Shown here: piece by piece, positions 56,634 to 64,000 of the stretch
How positions within the stretch are numbered: the stretch's first letter is position 1
Layout of the letters: each line of letters opens with the position of its first letter
NCBI GenBank assembly: GCA_043797265.1
Contig: JAZDPV010000018.1
Span: 11,268-75,267 of the forward strand
Source: an archaeon
GTDB taxonomy: Archaea; Nanobdellota; Nanobdellia; Pacearchaeales; GW2011-AR1
DNA length: 64,000 nucleotides
Reading direction: 5' to 3'
The notes under the pieces: model-generated
The model's input: only the letters and a program-made list of their open reading frames with translations
Database searches by the model: none
Told to the model about the DNA's origin: nothing
Made by a program: the position numbers and the translations under genes

Positions 56634-57986
56634 TTTCTAAAGAGTATCAAGCCACCAAGGTATCCTAATCTACTTATGATTGTTGCGATACATACTCCTA
56701 TAACTGCATAGGACATTGAATACATTAGCCCAATGTTAATAAATATGTAATTTAAAACAACATTAAGAATTGTTGAGGATATTAATAATATTGAAATTAT
56801 TTTTGTTCTCTTTTGGCTGATATAATATGCATTATAAAGTGAGATTAGTGGGAAAGTAACTATTAAAATTGTGAGATATTGAAAGTATATTGTTGATTCT
56901 ACATAAGAATTTCCGTAGATTACATTAATTAATAGTTTGGCAGTTAAAATGGTGAATATTAGTATTATGATTGATATTGTGAATGTGGTGTTTTTTATTT
57001 TTTTAAATCCTCTTTCTAGCTGATTGCCCTTCATTCGTGAAAAAATTGGGAAAAGTGCCGATGAAGAAACACTTAAAATTGCCGTTATTGAAGAAACAAG
57101 ATTAAGGGCTGCTTGATAGAATCCTATAAATTTTGAGCTAATGTAATGCCCTAGCATAAAAATGTCGATATACCCGAAGAAAAGCCCTGAAATGGCAATT
57201 GTACTTAGTAGTGTAATAAATTTCCAAAGTTTTTTTCTCTCTTTTTTTGTTAGTTTTTGTTTCTTAATATTTTTAAAGGGGTTGTGAGACAAAAAATAAA
57301 TTAGATAATAAGTCCCTGTTAATATAAACGTAGCCGATAGTCCAATAAACATCCAGAAAAGAATTATATCATTGTTTGATGTTTTCGAGATTAATAATAG
57401 AATAAGTAGTGGCAGAATTATTAATTTAGAAATTTGTAATATTAATTCTCCTATAAATCCTACTTTAAAATTGTTTTTTGAAATGAAAATCACCTCGAGA
57501 AAATTGTATAATGTAGATAGTGGGAGATATATTGCTCCAGCGAGTAGAGCATAAAAAATTGGTTTTTGATAGTAGTTATTTGCGAGCCATCTTGCTAAAA
57601 TTAAAATAATTAAGGATGCAAATATAACTAATCTAATCTTGATTTTACTTATATAATTAAAATATGCTTTTGCTTTTGCTTTTTTTTTTGTCGATTGTTT
57701 TAGAAACAAAGGTTAGCATGGTTGTAGAAATACCTAAATCTGAAAATGCAGAAATTAAAAGTATTGTTGATAGAGCTAGCCCATATAAACCAAAGAGTTC
57801 TGGCATTAATAATCTGGCAATTATAATTGTGAATATTATCGACCCTATTTTTGCTGTTAGTGTTGTTGCAAGTTGATAAGTTGAGTTTTTTATTGCTTGT
57901 CCAGAATTTCCCTTAAGGTCTCTTCTTTTTATTCTTCCGAAAATTACCCTTATTTCTTTGGCTTCTTTTTTTATAGCATTGTCCAT
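56630..57986 (-). pseudogene. Wzx-like polysaccharide flippase split by a -1/+1 frameshift in an A11 homopolymer (ORFs 57657-57986 and 56630-57709)
   Basis: The N-terminal 109 aa ORF and the C-terminal 359 aa ORF are both polytopic and together have the size of a Wzx/PST flippase. The frames switch inside the run at 57686-57696. Confidence 0.6.
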
Positions 57987-57996
57987 AGTTTTGTGT

Positions 57997-59556
57997 TTAT
58001 TCTTCTATTTGTTTTGCGATGTCGGCGAACGCTGGTCGTGAGATTAAAATTCCTGTCGTGATTCCAATTAGTGTTGTTACCGCGAAACCTTTTAATAGTC
58101 CTGCTGATGTTGCGCCTACTCCCATAAAACTTAGGAAGCCCGTTAATGGTATCATTGCGACGAATGTTACAGTAAAAGCTGTGACAATAATAAATAATGC
58201 TTTCTTGATTCTTTGTTTTAGCGATTCAAATTTGTCTCGTGCTTCGTCGAGAATGACTAACTGGTCATCTACTCCTGTTCCAATCGCGGCGATAATTCCT
58301 GCAATTGATGGGAGATCGAGATTCCATCCTATTAATGTTGCAACTCCGAGAATCATTAAAATTTCTGATAAAGATATTGTAATTAATGTGAGCGATATTT
58401 TAATATTTCTGTATCGGACAAATGTGACGAGCGAAACGGTTACGATTGCGAAGATACCTGCCAAGAATAATTGTTTTGTAAATTGTTTGCCGAGGTTGGG
58501 GGATATCTTGTCTATCTTTACAATTTCAAGCTTGAACGGAAGTGAACCTGTGATTAAAATTGTTTGAAGTTTTTTCATCTCGAGTTTTGCAGATTCTATT
58601 GCTTCGTTTCTTGTCGTGCCCGAGCCCGAGCCAGATATTTGGATTTGAGTTGCGACGTTGCCCTTCAAGTCTGCCCCGATGTTTAACGACGATGTTAATT
58701 TTTCGTCGATGTAGAAATCAAGTTGTTTGCTGAGATATGAGCCATTAATTGATAATTTGTTTGTAATGTCGGCGTGTCTTTGAGCGGCTTCTTCACTTAG
58801 AAAAATTACGAATCGAAAGTTGCACGCTTCTCCTTCTTGAACTGCAAAACATTCTGATATGAATGCGTCTTGGCCTGTTCGTCCGACGTGGGTTATGTCT
58901 TCTTCCCCTCCGATGAAAACTGTTTCGTTACCGATTTTGGCTTCAAATTTTCCTTGTTTTGCGATTAGTTCTTCTAAATCATTTGGTGATGAACCGGCGA
59001 TTTCGATGCCCATTAAATTTTCGCCAGAAGAAGTTGTAGCTTTAAAAAATTTAACGTCGGATAAGCCATAAACATTTAGTCTCTCTTCTGATACTGCGAT
59101 TAAATCATTTAGTTGTGCGTCGTTTAGTGGGATGTCTGCTTTGATGAATGCTCTTGCGCCACCACGAAGGTCAAGCCCTGTTTTAATTCTTGTTAATGGA
59201 ATTTTTTCTACTGATATATCGTTGATTATTTCTTTTGTAAATAAATCTATGATTTCGATTTCCTTGGTTTGGATTGTTAGTTTTTGTGTTTCGTTTTCGG
59301 CTAAATTGTTTAGTGAGGATAGTGCTGAGGCGTAATCTTCAATTGAGTTGATTGGTTGTTCGTTAATTGATTGTATCGTCATGCCTTCTCGGAGCCCGTC
59401 CTGGAATATTGTCGAATTTTGTATGACTGATTTTACGATTATTCCTTTTTCAAATATTGTGGGCGGGAATGAAAAAATTGCGATTAGAGAAAGTAGGACC
59501 GCTATAATTAATATCCAAATTTTGAATGTTATTTTCATTGTTTCTCTATGTACCAT
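57997..59556 (-). CDS. secD: Protein-export membrane protein SecD
   Basis: 519 aa: N-terminal TM, large periplasmic-type domain, and a C-terminal 5-TM bundle. Its start overlaps secF. Confidence 0.85.
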   Translation of the reverse strand: MVHRETMKITFKIWILIIAVLLSLIAIFSFPPTIFEKGIIVKSVIQNSTIFQDGLREGMTIQSINEQPINSIEDYASALSSLNNLAENETQKLTIQTKEIEIIDLFTKEIINDISVEKIPLTRIKTGLDLRGGARAFIKADIPLNDAQLNDLIAVSEERLNVYGLSDVKFFKATTSSGENLMGIEIAGSSPNDLEELIAKQGKFEAKIGNETVFIGGEEDITHVGRTGQDAFISECFAVQEGEACNFRFVIFLSEEAAQRHADITNKLSINGSYLSKQLDFYIDEKLTSSLNIGADLKGNVATQIQISGSGSGTTRNEAIESAKLEMKKLQTILITGSLPFKLEIVKIDKISPNLGKQFTKQLFLAGIFAIVTVSLVTFVRYRNIKISLTLITISLSEILMILGVATLIGWNLDLPSIAGIIAAIGTGVDDQLVILDEARDKFESLKQRIKKALFIIVTAFTVTFVAMIPLTGFLSFMGVGATSAGLLKGFAVTTLIGITTGILISRPAFADIAKQIEE

Positions 59557-60548
59557 TTAATTATTGAAGTGTTTGTGACCCATGTGTTGAAGATGTCAAA
59601 GACGAGGCCAATTAAAAGAATTATAAAAATTTGGTTCAGAACTGATTCAAATCGGAAGACGATGATGAGTGCCGCCGTGATTGCTATAATAGAAGTGACT
59701 GTCATTGTTATTCCGGTTTTGAATGCGCCGAAAAGTGCTCTGTTTGTGCTTTCGTGTTTTTTAATAAGTCGCGTCGTCAGAAGAATATCGGTGTCGACGG
59801 AATAACCGATAAGCATTAAGAACGAAATCACGCCGGCCGTTGAAAGTTTTATGCCGAGAAAATTGACAACTGCGAGTGTCATGGTAATGTCGGCGAAGGC
59901 GCATAACATAACTGCGAAAGCTGGGACTGAATTTTTAATGTATAATCGGATCAGAATTGTTGCGAAAGCAAGGAAAATAATTGCTGACGCGATAGGGTTA
60001 ATTGACAAGAAAAAATTTCCCATGAAAAATCCGAGCGCGATATTTAGGATTATTGTCCAGAATTTTGTTTTCGCGCCCTTTGAAAAAATAATGAAAACCA
60101 CGGAGGACATCCAAAAAAAAGCAATAAGAACCGCAACTATGAGTTGCTTGTAAAAATCAGCCGAGAGTGATGCCGACGTTGTTTCTTCTGACGCGCCGTT
60201 TTCTGTTGTTAATTGGTAGCCGAGAGTTTCTTCTAAAATTGATTTTAGCGATTCTATATTTTGTTCGTTGACTGTGATTACTAATTGAATTTGGTTGCCG
60301 ACGTTATCAGATATTGTTTTTATTTCAAAATCAGATATTGTTTGTGAGATTGTGCTGGCTAATTCTTGCTGAGTAATTTGAGTTTTGATTGTGATTGTAG
60401 TTCCGCCGGTCAGGGAAACGTCCTTGTTAATTATGTCGCCGGTTTGGAGGTAAAATATTGTTATGTAGATTAGAGATATTGATAAAATTATGGCTGGAAT
60501 AATGAGGAGTTTTCTGTAATTTTTGTTGTACCAGCGTCCGAATCTCAT
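59535..60548 (-). CDS. secF: Protein-export membrane protein SecF
   Basis: 337 aa: TM, a ~120 aa loop, then a 5-TM bundle. It lies upstream of secD, the archaeal secFD order. Confidence 0.85.
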   Translation of the reverse strand: MRFGRWYNKNYRKLLIIPAIILSISLIYITIFYLQTGDIINKDVSLTGGTTITIKTQITQQELASTISQTISDFEIKTISDNVGNQIQLVITVNEQNIESLKSILEETLGYQLTTENGASEETTSASLSADFYKQLIVAVLIAFFWMSSVVFIIFSKGAKTKFWTIILNIALGFFMGNFFLSINPIASAIIFLAFATILIRLYIKNSVPAFAVMLCAFADITMTLAVVNFLGIKLSTAGVISFLMLIGYSVDTDILLTTRLIKKHESTNRALFGAFKTGITMTVTSIIAITAALIIVFRFESVLNQIFIILLIGLVFDIFNTWVTNTSIIKWYIEKQ

Positions 60549-60638
60549 GGTATTTTATGGTGGGAGTGGTTTTAAAGTCTTTTGGGAATGTAGACTTGGT
60601 ATACAAATGTTTATATGTATTGGTACCCTTAATTTTTA

Positions 60639-60971
60639 ATGCCATATAAGGATGTAGATAAAAGGCGAGAGTTTAGAAGGAAGTGGTATGCGAAAAATAA
60701 GAAATCTGAAATTGCACATGTTAGGAGGAGAAAACTGGAAATTTATAAATGGTTTTTAAAATATAAATCTGGACTTAAATGTTTGAAATGTGGGGAGTGC
60801 CATGTCGCAACGATTGATTTTCACCATAGGGTTGGCGAGAAGGAGAATAATATTTCTAAGATGGTAGCTGAAGGATATTCGATTGATAGAATTAAAAAAG
60901 AGATTGAAAAGTGTGAGGTTTTATGCACAAATTGTCATCGAAAAATTCATTTTAAAAACAATAAGGTTTAA
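60639..60971 (+). CDS. Small HNH-endonuclease-like protein
   Basis: CLKCGECHVATIDFHH...CEVLCTNCHRKIH shows Cys/His spacing of the HNH type. Confidence 0.55.
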   Translation: MPYKDVDKRREFRRKWYAKNKKSEIAHVRRRKLEIYKWFLKYKSGLKCLKCGECHVATIDFHHRVGEKENNISKMVAEGYSIDRIKKEIEKCEVLCTNCHRKIHFKNNKV

Positions 60972-60997
60972 AATATTAAATTAGATATTTATTTTGT

Positions 60998-61103
60998 GCG
61001 TGGATAGTATAATGGTTAGTATAACTGGTTTCCAAATACTTAGTTCCAAAAGAATTAGATATGAAAATACCAGTTGATCGGGGTTCGAATCCCCGTCCGC
61101 GCA
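60998..61103 (+). tRNA. tRNA-Trp (CCA) with ~32-nt intron 3' of the anticodon
   Basis: Acceptor GCGTGGA/TCCGCGC + A. Anticodon stem CTGGT/ACCAG with loop TTCCAAA, interrupted by tacttagttccaaaagaattagatatgaaaat. T-arm CGGGG-TTCGAAT-CCCCG. Confidence 0.7.
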
Positions 61104-61251
61104 TTTTAATCAATAACTTTTTATATAAACATTTCTCAGTAATTTTGTGAGGAGATGCCTACGCTATTTGCGATTTGCATTTGCTCAAGATAGAGAAGAT
61201 TCGGTTCGCAAAAGCGAATCGCTCGGTCAAACTGTTTGACCGTAAATTAAC

Positions 61252-61334
61252 GAGGAGATGCCGGAGTGGTCAAACGGGCCAGACTCAAGATCTGGTGGCT
61301 TATGCCTACGGGGGTTCGAATCCTCCTCTCCTCA
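61252..61334 (+). tRNA. tRNA-Leu (CAA)
   Basis: Acceptor GAGGAGA/TCTCCTC + A. Anticodon stem CCAGA/TCTGG with loop CTCAAGA. Long variable arm. T-arm GGGGG-TTCGAAT-CCTCC. Confidence 0.8.
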
Positions 61335-61351
61335 TTTGTCAAGGATAAATT

Positions 61352-61427
61352 GCTCTCGTAACTCAGCCTGGATTAGAGTGCGTCCCCCCTAAGGACGAAG
61401 TCGTAGGTTCAAATCCTACCGAGAGCG
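61352..61427 (+). tRNA. tRNA-Arg (CCU)
   Basis: Acceptor GCTCTCG/CGAGAGC + G. Anticodon stem CGTCC/GGACG with loop CCCCTAA. T-arm GTAGG-TTCAAAT-CCTAC. Confidence 0.7.
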
Positions 61428-61459
61428 TTAAGTTTATAAAATGGAATTTTATTGAATTG

Positions 61460-61571
61460 TTAGACGGCCATAGTAACTTGGTCACACCCGATCCCATTCC
61501 GAACTCGGAAGTTAAGCTTGTTACGTTCGTGTTTGTACTGTCTTTGATGGGAAGGCACGGAGCTGTCTGCT
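61460..61571 (+). rRNA. rrf: 5S ribosomal RNA (standalone, next to tRNAs)
   Basis: GACGGCCATAG...CCCGATCCCATTCCGAACTCGGAAGTTAAGC...GGGAAGGCACGG are conserved 5S blocks. The terminal helix pairs AGACGGC with GCTGTCT. Confidence 0.8.
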
Positions 61572-61596
61572 TATTATATAAATAAATAATTTAATT

Positions 61597-61794
61597 TTAG
61601 AATTTCTTGAACTTATTAATTAATTCGAGAGTGTCGGTTTGGCCGAGGAATTGGGCGCGGCAGCAATATCGTTTTAGGCCGAGTTCGTCGAGGGCATCTT
61701 TTTGGGATTTACCTAATTTGATTAGTTCTTTGTATTTTGCGTAGAGATGGGCGACTGGTTTGCCGCAACTGAAGCATCTTATTGGGATTATCAT
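61597..61794 (-). CDS. rpoN: DNA-directed RNA polymerase subunit N (Rpb10 homolog)
   Basis: MIIPIRCFSCGKPVAHLYAKY...RYCCRAQFL is RpoN-like. Confidence 0.85.
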   Translation of the reverse strand: MIIPIRCFSCGKPVAHLYAKYKELIKLGKSQKDALDELGLKRYCCRAQFLGQTDTLELINKFKKF

Positions 61795-61865
61795 AGATGG
61801 TAAGTGAAAATTTGGTTTATAAAACTTATGGGTAATTTTATATAGAAGATTTCTATTTGATTTAG

Positions 61866-62618
61866 ATGAGAGAGGCGAAAGAGGTAATTCGGTTAAGGGA
61901 TGTTTCGAAATTTTATCCGATGGGTGATTCGGTCGTGAAGGCGTTGAATGGGATTAATTTTAAGGTTTACGAGGGAGAGTTTGTCGCGATAATGGGACCG
62001 TCGGGTTCGGGAAAATCGACCGCAATGAATTTGGTTGGGAGTTTGGATATGCCGACACACGGGACGATTTATTTGGATGGTGGGGATATTTCTGAGTTGA
62101 GTGAGTCTGATTTGGCGCAAATTCGGGGAAGGAAGATTGGTTTTATTTTTCAGTCGTTTAATCTGATTCCGAATTTGACGGTTAAAGAGAATGTGATGTT
62201 GCCGATGATGTTTCAGGGGGCGAGTATTGAGGAGCGGACGAGGAAGGCGGAGGAGTTGTTGAAGTTGGTTGAGTTAGGGGATAGAATGGACCATTATCCG
62301 GGAGAGATTTCTGGTGGGCAGATGCAGAGAGTTGCGATTGCGCGGAGTTTGGCGAATGACCCGGAAGTTATTCTTGCCGACGAGCCGACTGGGAATTTGG
62401 ATAGTAAGACCGGGGCGATTGTTATGGATTTTTTGGAGAAGTTGCACAAACGGGGGAAGACAATTATTATGGTTACTCATGATCCGGATTTGGCCGAAGA
62501 GTATGCGGAGGTTGTTTACTGGTTGAAGGATGGGGCGCTGGAGAAAGTGACGAAGAGGGTTGGTAAGAATTTTGTTGATGTCACGAAGCGGAAGAAAGAA
62601 GCGCATGAGGTGAAGTGA
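61866..62618 (+). CDS. ABC transporter ATP-binding protein (MacB/LolD-type)
   Basis: Walker A GPSGSGKST, signature ISGGQMQRVAIARSL, and Walker B ILADEPTGNLD. Confidence 0.9.
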   Translation: MREAKEVIRLRDVSKFYPMGDSVVKALNGINFKVYEGEFVAIMGPSGSGKSTAMNLVGSLDMPTHGTIYLDGGDISELSESDLAQIRGRKIGFIFQSFNLIPNLTVKENVMLPMMFQGASIEERTRKAEELLKLVELGDRMDHYPGEISGGQMQRVAIARSLANDPEVILADEPTGNLDSKTGAIVMDFLEKLHKRGKTIIMVTHDPDLAEEYAEVVYWLKDGALEKVTKRVGKNFVDVTKRKKEAHEVK

Positions 62619-63835
62619 TGAATCTTGATTATTTGATTCTTGCATTGAAGAATTTGAAGCATCGGGGGATTCGGTCGTGGCTGACTTTGCTCGGGATTTT
62701 TATTGGAGTGACGGCGGTTGTTTCTTTAATGAGTCTGGGGGCCGGGTTACAGGCGGCGGTTGGGGCTCAGTTTGGTATTAGTTCGACGCAAGCATTAACT
62801 ATTCAGGCTGGGGGGTTGAATTCTTTTGGTCCTCCTGGGAGCGGGGCTGTGAATCCATTGACGAGAGAGGATGCGATGGCTATAGAAAAATTAAGCGCTG
62901 TAGAATTTGCGACGCCGAGAAATATTGAGACGATTAAAATAGAATTTAATGACAAGATTGTTATTGGGAATGCTTTAAGTGTTGACGATAATAGGGAGCA
63001 AGAAATGTATGAGACTATGGGTTTAGAAGCGGCGCAGGGGAGAATGCTTCAATCGGGAGATTTGGGGAAAGTGATTATTGGAAGCAGCCTCGCTGATGGT
63101 GGGAAAAATGGATTTGATGAAGATATTGTCCCGGGTAAAACTATTTTAGTTCAGGATGAAAAATTTAAGGTGATAGGTATTCTTAAAAAAATGGGGAGTT
63201 TTACTATTGATGGAATTGTTTTCATGTATGATGATGATTTGAATGGCTTGATGAATTATGGCGACGAGGTTGATATTATTGGCGTGAAGGTGAAAGATAA
63301 AGATTTGATGGACAAGGCGGTTGAAGAAATTAGTAAGTTGTTGAGGGAGAGGCGTGATGTTAAAGTTGGCGAGGAGGATTTTGAAATATCCACACCGGAA
63401 TCGATGTTGGAAACTGTGAATAGTATTCTTGGCGGGGTTCAAGCTTTTATTATTATTATAGCGTCGATTTCGATTTTGGTCGGGGTGATCGGAATTGTTA
63501 ATACGATGACGACTTCGGTTTTGGAGAGGCGGAAAGAAATTGGAATTATGAAAGCGATTGGCGCAAGAAATAGCCAGGTGTTTATGCAATTTTTTTTTGA
63601 GTCGGGAATGCTTGGGTTAATAGGAGGATTGGTTGGTGTTGTTTTGGGGACGTTGGTCGGAGTCGTTGGGGTTATGAGTATTAATAGTTTTCTTGGAGCG
63701 GAACTTTCTCCGATGATTGATTTTGTATTGATAGGCGGAGCGTTGGCTGGAAGTTTTGTGATTGGTGCCGTTGCTGGAATTGTGCCCGCGATGAATGCTG
63801 CTAAACAAAATCCGGTGGAGGCGCTGAGGGGATGA
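62615..63835 (+). CDS. ABC transporter permease, FtsX/MacB-type
   Basis: N-terminal TM, a large extracytoplasmic MacB-PCD-like domain, and a C-terminal 3-TM FtsX domain. The start overlaps the ATPase stop. Confidence 0.85.
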   Translation: MMNLDYLILALKNLKHRGIRSWLTLLGIFIGVTAVVSLMSLGAGLQAAVGAQFGISSTQALTIQAGGLNSFGPPGSGAVNPLTREDAMAIEKLSAVEFATPRNIETIKIEFNDKIVIGNALSVDDNREQEMYETMGLEAAQGRMLQSGDLGKVIIGSSLADGGKNGFDEDIVPGKTILVQDEKFKVIGILKKMGSFTIDGIVFMYDDDLNGLMNYGDEVDIIGVKVKDKDLMDKAVEEISKLLRERRDVKVGEEDFEISTPESMLETVNSILGGVQAFIIIIASISILVGVIGIVNTMTTSVLERRKEIGIMKAIGARNSQVFMQFFFESGMLGLIGGLVGVVLGTLVGVVGVMSINSFLGAELSPMIDFVLIGGALAGSFVIGAVAGIVPAMNAAKQNPVEALRG

Positions 63836-64000
63836 AATCTTTGATTTTATCCTCAAGGGTATTGGGGCGCTTTGCTTGTTGGTATTGGGGCGCTTTGCTT
63901 GTTGGTGATTTAAGTAACTTGAGGATACTGAAAAATGGTGATTAGAAAAGAGAGTGTGAAGTATTCGTTGAATAATATTTGGAAGAGTAAGGCGAGGAGT

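Noticed and set aside
61028-61065. C/D-box sRNA inside the tRNA-Trp intron (as in some euryarchaea)
   Set aside because: The intron lacks clear C (RUGAUGA) and D (CUGA) boxes and is only ~32 nt. No support from sequence.
63936-64000. ORF start MVIRKESVKYSLNNIWKSKARS at the window edge
   Set aside because: Only 21 codons visible. It is plausibly the start of a gene, given the G/A-rich strand, but there is too little sequence to call.
1-64000. Defence systems (CRISPR-Cas, RM, toxin-antitoxin, Argonaute-like)
   Set aside because: No cas-like, methylase/restriction or large ATPase-nuclease genes were recognisable. The only nuclease-motif proteins are the small GIY-YIG and HNH ORFs noted as findings.

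Overview
The window reads as archaeal. Its core is a large ribosomal-protein cluster on the + strand, ~13.0-26.8 kb. The gene order runs L3-L4-L23-L2-S19-L22-S3-L29-aSUI1-S17-L14-L24-S4e-L5-S14-S8-L6-L32e-L19e-L18-S5-L30-L15-SecY. The presence of L32e, L19e, S4e, L40e, P0/P1 stalk proteins, aIF5A, RpoN, AglB, TYW1 and a SecF-SecD pair supports the archaeal assignment. Purine-rich coding strands, and short r-proteins carrying K/E-rich extensions, suggest a small-genome (possibly DPANN-like) lineage; this is inference. Upstream of the cluster lie a partial ftsZ, an FKBP PPIase, aIF5A, L40e, an M50 site-2 protease, TYW1, the L1-P0-P1 stalk operon, tRNA-Ser, cyclophilin, AMP phosphorylase, an AI-2E transporter and a ZnR/GIY-YIG pair. 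Downstream of SecY lies a ~30 kb surface-glycan region that is AT-rich by eye. It contains AglH (GPT) and AglB (STT3, with the WWDYGYW motif), several GT1/GT2/GNT-I/GT26 glycosyltransferases, many methyltransferases (TylF, FkbM, class I, Zn-ribbon C-MT, B12-radical-SAM), a hexapeptide acetyltransferase, AsnB, a NUDIX hydrolase and an SDR enzyme. Its most unusual part is a candidate non-canonical NDP-higher-sugar (heptose-like) pathway. That pathway comprises a nucleotidyltransferase/APH-type kinase fusion, a PMI-like cupin, a double SIS isomerase, a split transketolase and a KdsC-type phosphatase. The region also holds a frameshifted Wzx flippase. The window ends with SecF-SecD, an HNH protein, tRNA-Trp (with intron), tRNA-Leu, tRNA-Arg, 5S rRNA, rpoN and a MacB-type ABC pair. 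Non-coding structure is notable. A ~40-nt motif recurs three times inside the r-protein cluster. The L14 start region is duplicated, enclosing a small ORF. The r-protein spacers are packed with short perfect palindromes. A GATGAAATC..GATTTCATC element plus tandem repeats marks several gene ends. There is a 5x GGTAGAAC array and a 55-bp tandem hairpin repeat. Scrambled tRNA-Leu fragments sit next to the intact gene. No CRISPR array is present.
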